From NCBI GenBank assembly GCA_963716725.1, contig CAVQUB010000011.1, forward strand, positions 96,001 to 160,000: a DNA stretch of 64,000 nucleotides, given 5' to 3'. The notes under the pieces were generated by a model. The model was not told where the DNA came from, searched no databases, and saw only the letters and a program-made list of their open reading frames with translations. Below are positions 60,244-64,000 of the stretch, piece after piece (the first letter of the stretch is position 1; each line of letters opens with the position of its first letter). Both the position numbers and the translations under genes were made by a program. This stretch comes from an uncultured delta proteobacterium. GTDB lineage: Bacteria > Myxococcota_A > Polyangia > Polyangiales > Polyangiaceae.

Positions 60244-61080
60244 TCAACCTCGTTCCAGCGAGACCAGCCTCGAGTAGCGCGGCAGCGCCCGGATCCTCTT
60301 CTCGCATCCGAGCTGGTGCTCGCGCTTGGCGGAGATCAGCGAGCCTGGGTGCTCGTTGTACACGTAGGTGATGCGCCGAACGTGGCGCGCGTGCTCACCC
60401 GCCAGCTCGAGCATGGGAAAGTAGTGCGACATGTCCACCGCGGCAGTCCAATAGTCACCGGTCTCCGGATCCTTCAGGCCATCTTCTTCGACGTGGTCGA
60501 AGAGCTCGCGTCGGAAAGTGTGCAGGTGCGACGAGATCCACGAGTGATCGCGGAACGAGTTCTGCTCGACGACACGGCGCGGGATCGGATCGCTGTTGAG
60601 CGAACGACGACCGTCGGGGAAGACCCAGCTGTTGTAGGTCATCCATAGATCTGGGTCGTGATAGAGCATGTCGAGATAGGCGAGCACCCGCGGCTCGGGC
60701 AGCCAGTCGTCGGCGTCGACCTGGAGCACGATGCTGCCCGCCGGCGCCTCGCGGAACGCCCGGGTGAGGTTCGCGCAGCCGCCGCGCCGCAGGTCGTTGT
60801 GCACGCGCCGCAGGCCGGATCCGCCGCGGGCCAGGATGCGACGGTCGACGAGGTCGCCGGTGCCGTCCGTCGAGGCGTCGTCGATGATCAGGTGCTGAAC
60901 GAGCGCCGGGTCGTAGTCCTGCGCCTCGATGGAGTCCATGTGGCGGTCGACGAACTTCGCCACGTTGTGCCCCGCGGACACGATCCAGAAAGTGTGGGGC
61001 GAACGAGGTCGAAACAGCGCCAGTCGAAGCTCGCCCGCCCTGCGCGCCGCGGCGTCCACGAGGCGCCTGGCGAGACTCAC
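60244..61080 (-). CDS. Glycosyltransferase family 2
   Basis: IIDDASTDGT, QVDADDW, SHLHTFR, DMSHYFPMLE; GTGA overlap with wzt. Confidence 0.88.
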   Translation of the reverse strand: MSLARRLVDAAARRAGELRLALFRPRSPHTFWIVSAGHNVAKFVDRHMDSIEAQDYDPALVQHLIIDDASTDGTGDLVDRRILARGGSGLRRVHNDLRRGGCANLTRAFREAPAGSIVLQVDADDWLPEPRVLAYLDMLYHDPDLWMTYNSWVFPDGRRSLNSDPIPRRVVEQNSFRDHSWISSHLHTFRRELFDHVEEDGLKDPETGDYWTAAVDMSHYFPMLELAGEHARHVRRITYVYNEHPGSLISAKREHQLGCEKRIRALPRYSRLVSLERG

Positions 61081-62270
61081 CGGGTGACCTCGAACTCGAC
61101 CGGGACGAAGTTCTTGCCGGTCGCGTGATCGACGCCCGAGACCTCCACCGGGATGCGCCACCAGAACAGCTGCTCGGCGCGGTCTTTGGCCCAGATGGCC
61201 ACCGCCACGGTGCCCATCGTGCCGTTCATCTGCAGGTTCTTGAGCCGGAGCGTGAATCGCCCTTCGCCGGCTTCGAGGTCGATGCGCCGATCGTAGGCTT
61301 GGTTCGTGGCCTGGAAGTAGAACTCGGGATCGCGCGCGTCGTAGATGGCCACGTCCACCTCGACGTCCTCGTAGGCCTGCGACGCGACGTAGCGCATGGT
61401 GATCGAGAAGTCGTCACCGGGGGCGAACTCGCGGGCGCTGAGTTCGACCGCGTCGAACTCGACGTGATTGCCCCGGGAGACCAGGCGCTCGATGGCCTCT
61501 TCGCCGGCCCCGAGGAAGAGCCGCGTGTAAGCGCGGATGCCCTCGAACACCCGGTCGTAGCGGGTCATGTTGCCTTTGTTGACCAGCGCCACCCAGTCGC
61601 AGAAACCCGCGACGGTGTGCATGTTGTGGCTGACCACCACGAAGGTGGTGCCGCCATCGCGCAGATCGCCCATCTTCTTGAAGCAACGGGTCTGGAAGCC
61701 GCGATCGCCCACGGCGAGCACTTCGTCGACCAGCATGATGTCCGGATCCGAGTGGGCGGCGACCGCGAATCCAAGTCGTACGAACATGCCGCTCGAGTAG
61801 TGCTTCACCGGCGTGTCGATGAAGTCTCCGACCTCGGCGAACTCGACGATGGCGTCGAAGTTCTTCTCGACCTCTGCCTTGCCCATGCCGAGAATGGCTC
61901 CGTTGACGAAGATGTTCTCGCGGCCGGTGAGCAGCGGGTGGAAGCCGGCGCCGACGGCGATCAGCGCTCCGACCCGCCCGCGCACCTGGATGCGGCCGCG
62001 GTCCGGCCAGAAGATGCCGTTGATCATCTTGAGCAGCGTGGTCTTGCCCGACCCGTTGGGCCCGATGAGCCCGATGCTGTCGCCCCGCTCGACCGAAAAC
62101 GAGACATCGCTGACCGCCCAGAACTCGTCCGTCCGAAGCTCCTCGGAGTTCGAACGCATGCCCATGGCGTTGCGACTCAGATCCGTCAATCCGTAGAGCA
62201 TCGAGCGCCGCAGCGACTTGCAGTACTTCTTTGAAACCCCCTCCACGGAGATCGAGTGTGAATCGTCCAT
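61077..62270 (-). CDS. wzt: Polysaccharide ABC transporter ATPase with C-terminal Wzt_C-like domain
   Basis: FWAVSDVSF, GPNGSGKTT, YSSGMFVRLGFAVA, VDEVLAVGD, VVSH; beta-sandwich C-terminal extension. Confidence 0.92.
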   Translation of the reverse strand: MDDSHSISVEGVSKKYCKSLRRSMLYGLTDLSRNAMGMRSNSEELRTDEFWAVSDVSFSVERGDSIGLIGPNGSGKTTLLKMINGIFWPDRGRIQVRGRVGALIAVGAGFHPLLTGRENIFVNGAILGMGKAEVEKNFDAIVEFAEVGDFIDTPVKHYSSGMFVRLGFAVAAHSDPDIMLVDEVLAVGDRGFQTRCFKKMGDLRDGGTTFVVVSHNMHTVAGFCDWVALVNKGNMTRYDRVFEGIRAYTRLFLGAGEEAIERLVSRGNHVEFDAVELSAREFAPGDDFSITMRYVASQAYEDVEVDVAIYDARDPEFYFQATNQAYDRRIDLEAGEGRFTLRLKNLQMNGTMGTVAVAIWAKDRAEQLFWWRIPVEVSGVDHATGKNFVPVEFEVTR

Positions 62271-62274
62271 CGGC

Positions 62275-63192
62275 CTAGATGCGCTCGGCTATGCGCGTCT
62301 CGGTCAGGTGAAACCCGACGATGGACACGAGGAACAACAAGACCGACGCCCCGCTCGAGATCAGGAAGGGAGCCAGCTCGGTCACGGTGCCGGTGAAGAG
62401 CAGCTCTCTCGGGGCCGCGACCAGGTAATACAGCGGGTTATACTCCGTGATCGAGTCGAGCAGCCGGGCCATGTCGGCGGCGCCGGGCTCGAGCCGCGGG
62501 CGCTCATAGAGCACCGGCGTCAGGAGCATCAGGAAGGTGAGCACCATGCCGAGCATGGTGCCGACGTCTCGGACCACGCCGTTGATGAGCGCCAGGTAAA
62601 AGCTCAGACCCATGGTGATGAACACCATGGGCAAGAGCGCGAGCGGCACCAGCAGCAGCGTCGGCGCCAGCGGCAGCGCGTAGCCCTGCGTCGCGTAGTA
62701 GCCGAGCAGCAACGCAAAGAGGATCACCACCACGACGAAGGAGACAACGGATCGCCCCATGGACGCGATGATCAGCGACTTCTTCGAGAAGTTGATGCGC
62801 GTGATCATCTCGCCGCCCGCCACCAGGGAGTTGGCGCCGGAGATCAGGCCTTGGGAGAAGAGTTGCCAGATGCCGATGCCGACCGCCGCGTAGACCGGAT
62901 AGGGCGCGTCGACGGTGCCCACGGCCACCACCCCCGATCCCTTCAGCACGATGAAGGTGCCCACGGTGACCAGCGGCACGAAGACCACCCAGAACGCACC
63001 GAGCAGCGACTGCTTGTAGAACGCGAACAGATCGCGGCGGAACAGCTGGTAGGTCAGCCAGCGCGTCGAATTGAGCTCGCGGACGATGTCGCCGAGCAGC
63101 GACCAGTACCCGTTCCGGAGCGAGTTGTCCGGCAGGTACGTGGTCACCTTGCGGGACTCGCGTTCGCGCTCCAGTGTGGGCACGCCCGCCAA
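62275..63192 (-). CDS. wzm: Polysaccharide ABC transporter permease
   Basis: RRDLFAFYKQSLLGAFW, ITRINFSK, VRDV...LTPVLY, YNPL; six TMs. Confidence 0.92.
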   Translation of the reverse strand: MAGVPTLERERESRKVTTYLPDNSLRNGYWSLLGDIVRELNSTRWLTYQLFRRDLFAFYKQSLLGAFWVVFVPLVTVGTFIVLKGSGVVAVGTVDAPYPVYAAVGIGIWQLFSQGLISGANSLVAGGEMITRINFSKKSLIIASMGRSVVSFVVVVILFALLLGYYATQGYALPLAPTLLLVPLALLPMVFITMGLSFYLALINGVVRDVGTMLGMVLTFLMLLTPVLYERPRLEPGAADMARLLDSITEYNPLYYLVAAPRELLFTGTVTELAPFLISSGASVLLFLVSIVGFHLTETRIAERI

Positions 63193-63370
63193 TTAGCACA
63201 ACTCGTGCCGAAACCGGCAGCGCTCGCCGAGCCGTCTCGCTCCGGTCCGGATTTCTGCAGCGGTGCAGCCGCGACTCGCTGGGCGGCGGGCCCCGGATGT
63301 GTAGCTCGTAGCGCACGCTCGGGGTGAGCCTGGCGCCAGGGGTCGCGTAGCAGCTCCGCGGAGCGGGCGA

Positions 63371-64000
63371 CTAGCCCGCCGCCACCACCCTCGCCAGGCG
63401 CATGAAGCGCTCGGTGACGACGGGCCAGGAATACTGCGCGCGCACGTAAGCCACGCCGGCGTCGACCGACCGCGCGCGCGCCTCGGGGTCGGCGAGCAAC
63501 GCTTCGAGCGCATCTGAGAAGCTCAGCTCGGGCCCGAAGAGGAGCCCTGCGCCCGAGCGCTGGGTGTGCCCGCGCTTCACCGGGCAGTCGGCCGAGGACA
63601 CCGTCGGCACACCGAGGGCCCACGCCTCGAGCAGCGAGAGCGAGAGGCTGTCGAGCTTGCCTGGGATCACCACGGCCTCGCAACCGGCGAGCAGCGCGGC
63701 TCGCCGCTGGTCGGATACGAAGCCGGGCCAGTGAATGGCCGGATCGCCATTGGGCTGCAGATCGCCGATGCGACCGGCGAGTACGAGCTCCACCTCCTTG
63801 CCTTGGCGCCGGCCCATGGACGTCTCGAACCACCGATCGGCGTGTTGGCGACGGAACGCGCGAAAGCCTGCGAGCAGCTCGGGCACGCCTTTGGCGGACT
63901 CGACCCGTCCCAGATAGAGCAAGTACGGACGCTTGCGCCGCTCGGGGGACACCGTCGGCGGATCGAGCTCGACGCCGCAGCCCACAATCTCGGATCGCAC
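63371..64000 (-). CDS. Glycosyltransferase family 4, 5'-truncated
   Basis: LLYLGRVESAKG, PGFVSD, DSLSLSLLEAWALGVP, QYSW; runs off the window edge. Confidence 0.85.
   Translation of the reverse strand: MRSEIVGCGVELDPPTVSPERRKRPYLLYLGRVESAKGVPELLAGFRAFRRQHADRWFETSMGRRQGKEVELVLAGRIGDLQPNGDPAIHWPGFVSDQRRAALLAGCEAVVIPGKLDSLSLSLLEAWALGVPTVSSADCPVKRGHTQRSGAGLLFGPELSFSDALEALLADPEARARSVDAGVAYVRAQYSWPVVTERFMRLARVVAAG

Noticed and set aside
63193..63370. Intergenic region upstream of wzm as a possible tRNA, ncRNA or JUMPStart/ops element
   Set aside because: No cloverleaf, T-loop or GGCGGTAG ops motif recognisable.

Overview
A very GC-rich, densely coding chromosomal segment, most likely from a Myxococcota (Polyangia/Polyangiaceae-like) genome. 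This is inferred from a MYXO-CTERM protein, PEGA proteins, HRDVSP-type Ser/Thr kinases, an FHA-sigma54 activator and many Cys-rich lipoproteins. There are about 48 genes. Housekeeping and DNA/RNA genes: hrpB, mutS, recQ, rsmA, and an atpD-atpC pair separate from other atp genes. Others include a split DUF4350-MoxR-DUF58 set, two Omp85-family proteins, signalling genes (adenylate cyclase, FHA-GGDEF, PilZ, two kinases, FHA-EBP) and, at the right end, a surface-glycan cluster (GT4/GT2, Wzm/Wzt, B12 radical SAM, methyltransferase). I found no rRNA, tRNA, CRISPR array or transposase. Five single-base frameshifts, in four genes, mostly look like long-read errors. Best leads: (1) a GxxExxY nuclease-family gene whose two ends are formed by a periodic inverted repeat, like a compact mobile element; (2) a bacterial protein resembling eukaryotic GPI ethanolamine-phosphate transferases, next to the glycan cluster; (3) an apparently complete trans-envelope kinase/TPR/RCC1/FHA-EBP module followed by a candidate enhancer, sigma54 promoter and target gene; (4) a flavoprotein resembling eukaryotic-type UDP-galactopyranose mutase; (5) recurrent leaderless-type and bidirectional -10 elements. 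All family assignments are by eye from motifs; no database searches were run.
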